A stretch of 64,000 nucleotides of DNA, from the IMG/VR virus record IMGVR_UViG_3300025889_000071; one strand, 5' to 3'. The notes below the pieces were generated by a model. That model saw only the letters and a list, made by a program, of their open reading frames with translations, ran no database searches and was not told the origin of the DNA. The position numbers and the translations under genes were made by a program. Below are positions 46,031 to 54,705 of this stretch, piece after piece. Position 1 is the stretch's first letter; every line of letters starts with the position of its first letter. This DNA comes from a virus. Lineage: Duplodnaviria > Caudoviricetes.

Positions 46031-47617
46031 ATGAGTTCTCTTCAAGAAAAATGGTCAGATAAATATAAAAAGAGTATTGACTGCAATAACCCAAAGGGTT
46101 TTAGTCAGAGAGCTCACTGCCAGGGTCGCAAAAAGAAAATGAGTGAAGAAAAAAAAGATCACGAATATTCTATGGCTAGGTCAGAATTAAAGACCGTAGC
46201 AAGTGCTGTTAAACGTCTTCAAAAGAAGATGGGTAAAAAAGGTGAGGGTAATTTACAAGCCTGGGTTCAATCTAAAATTACTAAAGCAGCAGATTACATT
46301 GATACTGCAGCAGATTATGTTACTAACGAAGAAACGAAAAGTGGTGATAGTTCTTTGCGTGACTGGTTTAGCAAGAGTCGCTCTTCTGATGGCACCCCTG
46401 GTTGGGTTCAACTGGGCGGCAAGTATGCAGGAAAACCCTGTGCAAAGCAACCAGGTCAAACAACCAAACCCAAGTGCGGTTCTTCAAAAATGAAGCGTAA
46501 TCTTTCTAAAGATGAGGAAGAAGCAGCTTTTAGACGCAAGAATCGAAAAGATCCAAATCCAGATAGAAAAGGGAAGGCAATTAACGTGAAAACAGAAGAA
46601 GCAATGATCGAAGCAGCAGGTGAAAAAGATGCTTGTTATCATAAAGTAAAATCTCGTTATAAGGTTTGGCCTTCTGCATATGCTTCTGGGGCTTTAGTTA
46701 AGTGCCGTAAAAAAGGTGCTGCTAATTGGGGAAATAAAACTAAAAAAGAAGAAATTGACCTCGGTGAAAAGTGTTGGCCTGGTTATGAGAAAAAAGGTAT
46801 GAAAAAAATGTTTGGAAAAAAATATCCAAATTGTGTCAAAAAAGAAGGATATGAATTTTCTAATTGGAGAGACGATTTCAAGGCAACTGAATATGAGTTT
46901 ATTGACCTCATCAAACCAGAACCTTGGAAATCAGTAAAAGAAGAATGTGGTGTTCAAAGATATTGTCCAAAATGCAAAAAGAATGAATTAAGAACCGAAT
47001 GTAAGTATGGTGGTCACTATTGGGATATGTTCTCAAAACCAGCATCTTTAGCACCAGAAACTCCAGAGGATTTTGTACCATCAGAATCATCTGATGGTGG
47101 TGGTGACATTGGTGAAGCAGTAAGAGTTCCACAAAGAACTGGAAATATAATTGTGGTAACTTTGAGTTGGAGAGGAAAGTTTTACATGATTAAGTTGTTC
47201 TTCCCACAAATTACAAAACCAAGTAGAAAAGAAGTTCAAGACCAAATTGAAAAAGTCTATCCCGGTTCAAAAGTAAATACCTATTATGTAACTGATTACA
47301 AACCAGGGGAGCAATTGCTTTATGTGTCTGAAGAAGAGGTTGATGAAGATTGGCAATCTGTAAATCGCAAAGACAAAACCGATGGTTTAAGTCAAAAAGC
47401 AGTTGATGCCTATCGCAGAGAGAATCCAGGTTCAAAACTGAAAACTGCAGTTACTAAAAAACCATCAAAATTGAAAGCAGGTTCTAAAGATGCAAAGCGT
47501 CGCAAGTCGTTCTGCTCAAGAATGAGTGGTATGAAGAAGCGTCTCACTTCTGCTAAAACTGCTAGAGACCCAGATTCCAGAATCAATAAAGCCCTCCGTC
47601 GTTGGAACTGTAACTAA
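46031..47617 (+). CDS. Basic modular protein, candidate internal head polyprotein (C-terminal DUF6321-like domain)
   Basis: Seen: about nine Lys/Arg-rich modules separated by hydrophobic-X-Glu sites; ends with 'GLSQKAVDAYRRENPGSKLKTAVT...RRKSFCSRM...RWNC'. Confidence 0.65.
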   Translation: MSSLQEKWSDKYKKSIDCNNPKGFSQRAHCQGRKKKMSEEKKDHEYSMARSELKTVASAVKRLQKKMGKKGEGNLQAWVQSKITKAADYIDTAADYVTNEETKSGDSSLRDWFSKSRSSDGTPGWVQLGGKYAGKPCAKQPGQTTKPKCGSSKMKRNLSKDEEEAAFRRKNRKDPNPDRKGKAINVKTEEAMIEAAGEKDACYHKVKSRYKVWPSAYASGALVKCRKKGAANWGNKTKKEEIDLGEKCWPGYEKKGMKKMFGKKYPNCVKKEGYEFSNWRDDFKATEYEFIDLIKPEPWKSVKEECGVQRYCPKCKKNELRTECKYGGHYWDMFSKPASLAPETPEDFVPSESSDGGGDIGEAVRVPQRTGNIIVVTLSWRGKFYMIKLFFPQITKPSRKEVQDQIEKVYPGSKVNTYYVTDYKPGEQLLYVSEEEVDEDWQSVNRKDKTDGLSQKAVDAYRRENPGSKLKTAVTKKPSKLKAGSKDAKRRKSFCSRMSGMKKRLTSAKTARDPDSRINKALRRWNCN

Positions 47618-47925
47618 TGAAAAGTTTTAAACAATTTTTAACCGAAAGCATCACCATCAATGGTGATTTCAATGGAACTCTCAATGTAGGAGGTTCTCAA
47701 CCAGAACAGGCACAAGAGTCATTCTTTGCCGATGTTGTCTGGGAAGGTAAGTTATACCGTCTTGAAGTAGAAGGTAAAATGCTTTCCAAAAATGAATTGG
47801 CAGAGCAGATTCAAGGAGAATATCCAGGTGCAATTGTTCATCAAATTTATCCAGGAAATTCTCCTTCTTCAAAAATCAAAAACGCACAAAGATATCAACC
47901 AGAAAGATTAAGTTGGAGTGACTAA
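47617..47925 (+). CDS. Candidate internal head protein with a T4-type capsid-targeting N-terminus
   Basis: Seen: starts MKSFKQFLTE. Knowledge: T4 internal proteins carry an N-terminal CTS such as MKTYQEFIAE that gp21 removes. Confidence 0.65.
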   Translation: MKSFKQFLTESITINGDFNGTLNVGGSQPEQAQESFFADVVWEGKLYRLEVEGKMLSKNELAEQIQGEYPGAIVHQIYPGNSPSSKIKNAQRYQPERLSWSD

Positions 47926-49487
47926 TGGCTCAGTGGAATAAAACTACACAAGATTACCTCAATCAAGAGAGAAGTCTATTTGAGGTTTACATGTGTGCCG
48001 ACAGATACGGCAACATTGATGGGTGCAATGGAACTGCGAGTGGTAGTGGTGCATTTGGAGAACAAATTGTATCTCAAATCACCCCAGTCCTTCAACTTGA
48101 TGGTCTGTATGGTTTAAACTCAGATAGATTTGAACTCTACTCATTTGGTACTGGTAGCACTAGTGATGCTAATAATTTGATGACTACATCAACAGGAACT
48201 GGTGCTTATGGTTATGGAGTTGTTCGTTCTAAAAGATCTGTAAGATATCGTCCAGGACAAGGTGCTCTCGCAAGATTCACAGCACAGTTTTCTGGTATTG
48301 CAACAGGATATACACAAAGAGCAGGATTCTTCACACAAGAGCAAGCACTTCAAGTTGGATACAGCACTGAAGGAAGGTTTGGTATTCTTCGTGAGAATGG
48401 TGGTAAAGCTCACATTCATAGATTTACTATCACAACACCTTCAAGTGGCACAGAGAATATAACAGTCACTCTTGCTGGTGTCGCATCCACAGTTACTATT
48501 GGATCAGGAACAACAACACAAAACGCAACTGGTATTGGAACTCATACTTATGCTGGTTGGATTGCCGACTATAAGAATGGTTATATTGATTTCTTATCCA
48601 CAAGCGTCGGTCCAAAAACAGGCACATTCTCTATTGTAAGTAATGGTGACCTGGTAGCTACATCAACAACTTCTCAAACAGGTGTAAATCATACAAGCAA
48701 CTGGACATATCAAGAGGACTGGAACTTTGATACGATGACTGGTGTTGGTGGCACCACCAATCCATCAGGAGTTACATTAGATCCAACCAAACTGAATGTA
48801 TACCAAATCAACTTCCGTTGGTTGGGTGCTGGTGAGATGAGATTTGCTATTGAAAATCCCACAACGGGAGATATGATGCCCGTTCATCATATTCACTATA
48901 CAAACAGGAATAATACTGTTCATTTAGATAATCCATCACTCAAGATTGGATATGTGGCTGCCAATCTGGATGGTAATACTGGTGCTGGTGTAACAGTCTC
49001 TGGCGCATCTATGATGGGTGCGATTGAAGGTGTTATTAATACCACAACCCTTCCAATCGGTGCCTTTAGAACAAAGACTGGTGGAATGAATAGTACTGGC
49101 ACAAAATTCCACCTGATTACCATTAAGGGCGGTATGATTGTCAATAACAAAATTAATACCAGAGAACTTATAGTAAAGAAAATTAGTGCTCTAACAACAT
49201 CGGCAGGAACAGCACCTTGTTTTATCTATCTGTATATTGATCCAATAACAGCAGATCCTTTAGATTTCACACCTCTTGGAAATGCTTCTTCATATTCAAC
49301 AACTGATACAACAATCACTGGTGGAGATCCAGCAGCAGTTTTTTGTGTTACATCGGGTGCTCCAGAAACAATTGATCTTGATGAGTTGAGAATTGTTTTA
49401 CCACCACAAAGACTATTCACGCTAGCAATTTCTTCCAGTGCTGTTCTACAAAATGCAGATGCTGCAATAACATTTGTTGAGGATTAA
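47925..49487 (+). CDS. Putative virion structural protein (520 aa, Thr/Gly-rich beta protein)
   Basis: Seen: 'GAFGEQIVSQITPVLQLDGLYG', 'VRYRPGQG', 'LDPTKLNVYQINFRWLGAG'. Function not assignable. Confidence 0.6.
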   Translation: MAQWNKTTQDYLNQERSLFEVYMCADRYGNIDGCNGTASGSGAFGEQIVSQITPVLQLDGLYGLNSDRFELYSFGTGSTSDANNLMTTSTGTGAYGYGVVRSKRSVRYRPGQGALARFTAQFSGIATGYTQRAGFFTQEQALQVGYSTEGRFGILRENGGKAHIHRFTITTPSSGTENITVTLAGVASTVTIGSGTTTQNATGIGTHTYAGWIADYKNGYIDFLSTSVGPKTGTFSIVSNGDLVATSTTSQTGVNHTSNWTYQEDWNFDTMTGVGGTTNPSGVTLDPTKLNVYQINFRWLGAGEMRFAIENPTTGDMMPVHHIHYTNRNNTVHLDNPSLKIGYVAANLDGNTGAGVTVSGASMMGAIEGVINTTTLPIGAFRTKTGGMNSTGTKFHLITIKGGMIVNNKINTRELIVKKISALTTSAGTAPCFIYLYIDPITADPLDFTPLGNASSYSTTDTTITGGDPAAVFCVTSGAPETIDLDELRIVLPPQRLFTLAISSSAVLQNADAAITFVED

Positions 49488-49500
49488 AAGGAGTTTTGTT

Positions 49501-50379
49501 ATGAGTGACGTATATCTTGGCAATCCATTATTAAAAAAAGCAAATACTGCGATTGAATTTACTCAAGAACAGATTGAGGAGTTTATTAAATGTCAGAGTG
49601 ACCCAGTATATTTTGCAAAAAATTATGTGAAGATTGTGACTCTTGATAAAGGATTACAACCTTTTGAGTTATACCCATTTCAAGAAAAGTTAGTTAATAA
49701 CTTTCATAATAATAGATTTAATATCTGCAAGATGCCACGGCAGACAGGTAAATCAACAACTGTGGTTTCTTTTCTTTTACACTATGCAGTATTTAATGAT
49801 AATGTCAATATAGGCATTCTAGCAAACAAAGCTGCAACCGCAAGAGAACTTCTTGATAGGTTACAAACTGCATACGAGAACTTACCAAAGTGGATGCAGC
49901 AAGGTATCATAGCATGGAATAAAGGTAGTTTGGAGTTAGAAAATGGCAGTAAGATATTGGCAGCTTCTACATCTGCAAGTGCTGTCCGAGGCATGTCGTT
50001 CAATATCCTCTTTCTCGACGAATTCGCCTTCGTCCCTAATCACATCGCTGACTCCTTCTTTGCATCTGTTTATCCTACTATTACTTCTGGTAAAAGCACA
50101 AAAGTCATCATAGTTTCAACGCCACATGGTATGAATCATTTCTACCGTATGTGGCACGATGCGGAAAAAGGTAAGAACGAATATATTCCCACAGATGTTC
50201 ATTGGTCAGAAGTTCCAGGTAGAGATTCTAAATGGAAAGAACAGACTATTGCAAACACATCAGAGCAGCAGTTTAAAGTTGAGTTTGAATGTTTGGATGG
50301 AAATACATCGATTGAAATTTTAGATGAGAATAATACCATTCAAAAAATTTCAATGGAAAACTTATATAAACGGTTGTGA
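49501..50379 (+). CDS. gp17: Terminase large subunit, N-terminal part (263 aa) fused to a 29-aa N-intein
   Basis: Seen: Walker A 'PRQTGKST', Walker B 'ILFLDEFAF', 'IIVSTPHGMNHFY', then '...KVEFE|CLDGNT...LYKRL*'. RBS AAGGAG precedes ATG 49501. Confidence 0.93.
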   Translation: MSDVYLGNPLLKKANTAIEFTQEQIEEFIKCQSDPVYFAKNYVKIVTLDKGLQPFELYPFQEKLVNNFHNNRFNICKMPRQTGKSTTVVSFLLHYAVFNDNVNIGILANKAATARELLDRLQTAYENLPKWMQQGIIAWNKGSLELENGSKILAASTSASAVRGMSFNILFLDEFAFVPNHIADSFFASVYPTITSGKSTKVIIVSTPHGMNHFYRMWHDAEKGKNEYIPTDVHWSEVPGRDSKWKEQTIANTSEQQFKVEFECLDGNTSIEILDENNTIQKISMENLYKRL

Positions 50380-50390
50380 GTTTTTTGGAT

Positions 50391-50398
50391 TATAAATA
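50391..50398 (+). promoter_or_regulatory. T4-type late promoter TATAAATA (homing endonuclease and IntC-terL)
   Basis: Seen: exact consensus between the IntN stop (50379) and the HEG ATG (50408). Confidence 0.85.
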
Positions 50399-50407
50399 AT
50401 TAAAAAA

Positions 50408-50977
50408 ATGTATTATATTTACTTTCTTAAAGACTTGGATGGAAAAGTCAAATATGTTGGACAGACTCAAAATTTAGATTCTAGAAGAAGAGAACATAAA
50501 AGAAATAAACCACCACATAAATTTGAAATAAGTGAGCAGATAGATATTTCAGAAAAAGCAAAAGAAGCAGAAATTTTTCATATAGAAAAATTTGATACTT
50601 TTAAAAATGGATGGAATAAATCTACTGGTGGAGAAGGATTTGATGACTACGAAAGAAAAGGAATTGGTGGAGCAAAAAAGGGAACTATTCCTTGGAATAA
50701 AGGAGTCAAAAATTGTTTCTCTGAAGAGACTATAGAAAAAATGAGCAATTCTAGAAAAGGTAGAGTTTTTAGTAGAAAAATAAATGACGATCAAATAAGA
50801 GAGATAAGGAAACTATATAATGAAAAACCAGAATTACAAAATGTCGGTGCAATTATGAAAAATGGTAAAAGATTATCATATATTCAGGCATTTTGTAAGG
50901 AATATGCAAAAGATTATAATTTAACTCCACAAGGGATAAAAAGAATTATTTTAAAGGAATGCTGGACAAATGTTTAA
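50408..50977 (+). CDS. Free-standing GIY-YIG homing endonuclease with NUMOD3-like DNA-binding motif
   Basis: Seen: 'YYIYFL...VKYVGQT' (GIY-YIG variant), 'RRREH', conserved Glu and 'GWNKSTGG', 'PWNKG', 'SEETIEKMSNSRKG'. Confidence 0.88.
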   Translation: MYYIYFLKDLDGKVKYVGQTQNLDSRRREHKRNKPPHKFEISEQIDISEKAKEAEIFHIEKFDTFKNGWNKSTGGEGFDDYERKGIGGAKKGTIPWNKGVKNCFSEETIEKMSNSRKGRVFSRKINDDQIREIRKLYNEKPELQNVGAIMKNGKRLSYIQAFCKEYAKDYNLTPQGIKRIILKECWTNV

Positions 50978-52133
50978 ACTTAATAAAAATATTAAAGTAA
51001 AAACTCCTAGTGGATTTAAATATTTTTCTGGAATTCAAAAAGTTTACAAACCATTTTATCATTGGATAATATTTGATGATGGAACAGAAATAAAATGCTC
51101 TGACAATCATTCTTTTGGGAAAGAACAAATAAAAGCATCAATGATTAAAGTTGATGATTTTTTTCAGGGGAAAAAAGTAGTTTATAATGAAATAGTAGAA
51201 GAAGAAATATACCTTTATGACTTACTTGATGTTGGTGAAGATAATCTTTATTTTTCAAATGGAATAATATCTCACAATTGTGAGTTTCTAGGGTCTGTTG
51301 ATACACTTATTGCTCCTAGCAAATTGAGAAGTTTAATTTATGATCATCCTAAAGTAAGAAATAAAGGTCTTGATGTTTATGAAGACCCCAAAAATGACCA
51401 CGACTATTTGATGACAGTTGATGTTGCTAGAGGAGTGAGTGAGGATTACTCTGCATTCGTAGTTACTGACATAACAGAATTTCCACATAAAGTAGTTGCA
51501 AAGTATAGAAATAATGAAATCAAACCAATGCTATTTCCGAATATCATATATGAAGTAGCAAAAAATTATAATGGAGCCTATATTCTTTGTGAGGTAAATG
51601 ATATTGGAGATCAGGTTGCAAGTATTCTTCAATATGATTTAGAGTATCAAAATCTTCTCATGTGCTCAATGAGAGGAAGAGCTGGTCAAATTGTTGGTCA
51701 AGGATTTTCTGGAAAGAAAACTCAACTGGGAGTTAAGATGTCCAAGACCGTAAAGAAGGTTGGGTCATTAAACCTCAAGACAATGATTGAGGAGGATAAA
51801 TTAATCTTCAATGACTATGAAATTATTTCGGAACTTACAACTTTTATCTCAAAACATAACTCATTTGAGGCTGAAGAAGGGTGTAATGATGACCTTGCAA
51901 TGTGTCTTGTTATCTATGCATGGTTGGTAGCACAAGACTACTTTAAGGAACTTACTGATCAAGATGTTCGTAAGAGATTATATGAGGAGCAGAGAAATCA
52001 AATTGAACAAGACATGGCACCATTTGGGTTTATATCTGATGGTCTAGATTCAAATTCATTTGTGGATGCTGAAGGTGATCGATGGTACACTGATGAATAT
52101 GGTGATCGTTCATATATGTGGGATTACCTTTAA
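50970..52133 (+). CDS. gp17: 103-aa C-intein fused to the terminase large subunit C-terminal nuclease part (284 aa)
   Basis: Seen: '...SHN|CEFLGSVDTLI', RNase H-like 'MTVDVARGVSEDYSAF', 'EAEEGCNDDLAMCLV'. Confidence 0.93.
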   Translation: MFKLNKNIKVKTPSGFKYFSGIQKVYKPFYHWIIFDDGTEIKCSDNHSFGKEQIKASMIKVDDFFQGKKVVYNEIVEEEIYLYDLLDVGEDNLYFSNGIISHNCEFLGSVDTLIAPSKLRSLIYDHPKVRNKGLDVYEDPKNDHDYLMTVDVARGVSEDYSAFVVTDITEFPHKVVAKYRNNEIKPMLFPNIIYEVAKNYNGAYILCEVNDIGDQVASILQYDLEYQNLLMCSMRGRAGQIVGQGFSGKKTQLGVKMSKTVKKVGSLNLKTMIEEDKLIFNDYEIISELTTFISKHNSFEAEEGCNDDLAMCLVIYAWLVAQDYFKELTDQDVRKRLYEEQRNQIEQDMAPFGFISDGLDSNSFVDAEGDRWYTDEYGDRSYMWDYL

Positions 52134-52369
52134 TGGATTTAGATGGTCAAATAAAACTTGGTCATTTACTTTTAAATGATAGGAGATGTAGAATATGTGG
52201 AGAAACTAAAAATTTAATAGAGTCATTTTATAGAACCAGAAAAGATAGAGGAGCTGTAGCATCGTCATATTCATATGAATGTAAAGACTGCACAAAGCAA
52301 AGAATAAAGAAACAGAGAAAAAAAATTAACTCAATATCTAAAATTAAAGACGTATATCCCGATTGGTAG
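52133..52369 (+). CDS. Small zinc-finger-like protein (78 aa)
   Basis: Seen: CxxC...CxxC ('CRICGETK...YECKDC'); ATG overlaps the terL stop (TAATG). Confidence 0.7.
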   Translation: MDLDGQIKLGHLLLNDRRCRICGETKNLIESFYRTRKDRGAVASSYSYECKDCTKQRIKKQRKKINSISKIKDVYPDW

Positions 52370-52450
52370 CGTTCACGTCGAACTTCCCCAGTGTAAATTT
52401 GCTTTTTAATAAATATTTTTTAGATAAACTGAAAAAATACGGAGAGAAAA

Positions 52451-54670
52451 ATGGCAACTCCTCAATTATCTCCCGGAGTACTTACGAGAGAGGTTGACTT
52501 AACAGTAGGAAGAGTTGATAATGTTTTAGATAATATTGGTGCTATTGCAGGTCCTTTCCCTATTGGTCCAGTCGATTTTCCTATCGATATTGCTACGGAA
52601 CAAGACTTAATCAATGTTTTTGGAAAACCTCTTTCAACAGATGCTCAATATGAATACTGGATGAGTGCATCCTCATTCTTGTCATATGGAGGAGTTCTGA
52701 AAGTTGTAAGATGTGGAGATGAAGACCTCAACAATGCAAATGCCGGTGTTGGAATTGCATCCACTAATGCACTTCAAGTTCTTAACTATGATGACTACAG
52801 TGCAAATCACTATGAGGCAACTAATTTTACATATGCTGCAAAAAATCCAGGTTCATGGGCGAATGGATTAAAAGTTTGCACAATTGATGACTTTGCAGAC
52901 CAAACTATTGGAATTAGCACTGTAAGTCCGCTACTTGCCGGTGCTCAAATTGGATATGGTGTTACCGCAGGTATTTCAACTACTCTTGCTGGAGTTGGTA
53001 CAGAATCTACGCTTGGTGGTTACCTCAAAGGAATTATCGTAGGAGTTACCACAGATGGTACAAATGGCAATTCAACGATTGATGTAAAGATTGTTTCAAG
53101 AGTTTCTGCTGGTGGAACTGAAACAGCAATAACATATGCAGAAGGTTCTCCGACCAGATCTTTTGATACTTCGGATGAATTGTATTTTGTTAATAATTCT
53201 GGTATTAATACTGGATTATCTGCGGATGTTGGAGCATACACACCAGCTACTTCTGTTGATTGGTATGATCAACAAGTCTTGACTTTAGAAAATGCCACGA
53301 TTTTCTGGAAAACTATTGCACCAAGACCAATAACCAATCAATATGTATTGGATAGAAATGGTAAAGGTGATGGATTACACCTTGCAGTTGTTGATGACTA
53401 TGGACTAGTTACCGGCAATCAAGGAACACTTATTGAAAAGCATGTTGGCCTTTCAAAAGCACTTGATGCGGTTTCAACAGTAAATGCACCACAAAAAATA
53501 TATTACAAGCAGTATATTGCAGATTTCTCTGCCAATGTTTATGCTGGATATAATCCATCACAAGCAGAAGATACATATCATGGTACTGCACCAAGAGCTG
53601 TTGGATTCTCTACAGATTTTACTGCAGTAACAACAGGAAATGGTTTGTGGGGACAAACAGCACAAGATATAACATTCTCTGCAATTGGAAATGTAACATA
53701 CTCTCTTGCTGGTGGTGAAGATTATTCTTCCGGTGTTCCTGAATCTGGATCAAATGGTAGAATGAAGGCAGATTTGGGCCAATTAATGTCTGCTTATCGT
53801 CTTTTCAGTAATAGAGACGAAATTGCGGCGGATTATTTAATCATGGGTCCTGGAGGTTCTACTGTATTTGAATCACAAGCAAAAGCAAATCAACTTATCT
53901 CTATTGCAGAAGAAAGAAAGGATTGTATAGCAGTCATTGGTCCTCACAGAACAGATCTTGTTGGCCAAACAAACACAACGACTCAAACTAATAATCTTAT
54001 CAGATACTTTGGTGATATAAATTCTTCATCATATGCAGTATTTGATAGTGGTTATAAGTACACATATGATAGATTCAATAATGAGTTTAGATACATTCCA
54101 GTCAATGCTGATATTGCTGGTTTAATGTGCCGCACAAATATTACGGCATATCCTTGGTTCTCTCCTGCTGGACAGCAAAGAGGCATTATTAATAATGCCA
54201 TTAAACTTGCATATAATCCAAATAAAGCACAAAGAGATCAACTTTATCCTAAGAGAGTTAACTCCATTATCACCAAACCTGGTGTAGGAACAATGCTTTT
54301 TGGAGATAAAACTGCTCTTGGTTATGCTTCTGCTTTTGATAAAATTAATGTTCGTCGTCTTTTCATCACAGTTGAACAGGCACTTCAAAGAGCTGCTGAA
54401 GCACAGTTATTCGAACTTAATGATGAACTGACAAGAGCTAACTTCAGAAATATCATTGAACCTTATCTCAGAGATATTGAAGCTAAGAGAGGAATTTATG
54501 GATTCCTTGTTGTATGTGATACAACAAACAATACTCCAGATGTCATTGATAACAATGAATTTAGAGCAGACATCTTTCTGAAACCTGCCAAGTCTATTAA
54601 TTATGTAACACTCACTTTTGTTGCAACTCGCACAGGAGTAAGTTTTGAAGAAGTAGCAGGTAGAGTTTGA
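52451..54670 (+). CDS. gp18: Tail sheath protein gp18
   Basis: Seen: 'LSPGVLTREVDLT', 'YAAKNPGSWANG', 'WFSPAGQQRG', 'INVRRLFI', 'FLKPAKSINYVTLTFVATRTGVSFEEV'. Confidence 0.97.
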   Translation: MATPQLSPGVLTREVDLTVGRVDNVLDNIGAIAGPFPIGPVDFPIDIATEQDLINVFGKPLSTDAQYEYWMSASSFLSYGGVLKVVRCGDEDLNNANAGVGIASTNALQVLNYDDYSANHYEATNFTYAAKNPGSWANGLKVCTIDDFADQTIGISTVSPLLAGAQIGYGVTAGISTTLAGVGTESTLGGYLKGIIVGVTTDGTNGNSTIDVKIVSRVSAGGTETAITYAEGSPTRSFDTSDELYFVNNSGINTGLSADVGAYTPATSVDWYDQQVLTLENATIFWKTIAPRPITNQYVLDRNGKGDGLHLAVVDDYGLVTGNQGTLIEKHVGLSKALDAVSTVNAPQKIYYKQYIADFSANVYAGYNPSQAEDTYHGTAPRAVGFSTDFTAVTTGNGLWGQTAQDITFSAIGNVTYSLAGGEDYSSGVPESGSNGRMKADLGQLMSAYRLFSNRDEIAADYLIMGPGGSTVFESQAKANQLISIAEERKDCIAVIGPHRTDLVGQTNTTTQTNNLIRYFGDINSSSYAVFDSGYKYTYDRFNNEFRYIPVNADIAGLMCRTNITAYPWFSPAGQQRGIINNAIKLAYNPNKAQRDQLYPKRVNSIITKPGVGTMLFGDKTALGYASAFDKINVRRLFITVEQALQRAAEAQLFELNDELTRANFRNIIEPYLRDIEAKRGIYGFLVVCDTTNNTPDVIDNNEFRADIFLKPAKSINYVTLTFVATRTGVSFEEVAGRV

Positions 54671-54705
54671 TAATATTATCTAAATAAAAAAAGGAGGAAA
54701 AATCA

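Larger units (their letters stand above)
50290..51278 (+). mobile_element. Split intein plus homing endonuclease cassette inserted in terL (IntN 50290-50376; HEG; IntC 50970-51278)
   Basis: Seen: block A 'CLDGNT', block B 'IKCSDNHSF' (xxH), block F/G 'LYDLLDVGEDNLYFSNGIISHN' followed by Cys+1. Confidence 0.92.

Noticed and set aside
50377-50969. Group I intron or frameshift explanation of the terL break
   Set aside because: Both flanks carry clear intein motifs (Cys1; His-Asn/Cys+1) and the second half has its own ATG. I saw no intron core structure, though this was not computed.
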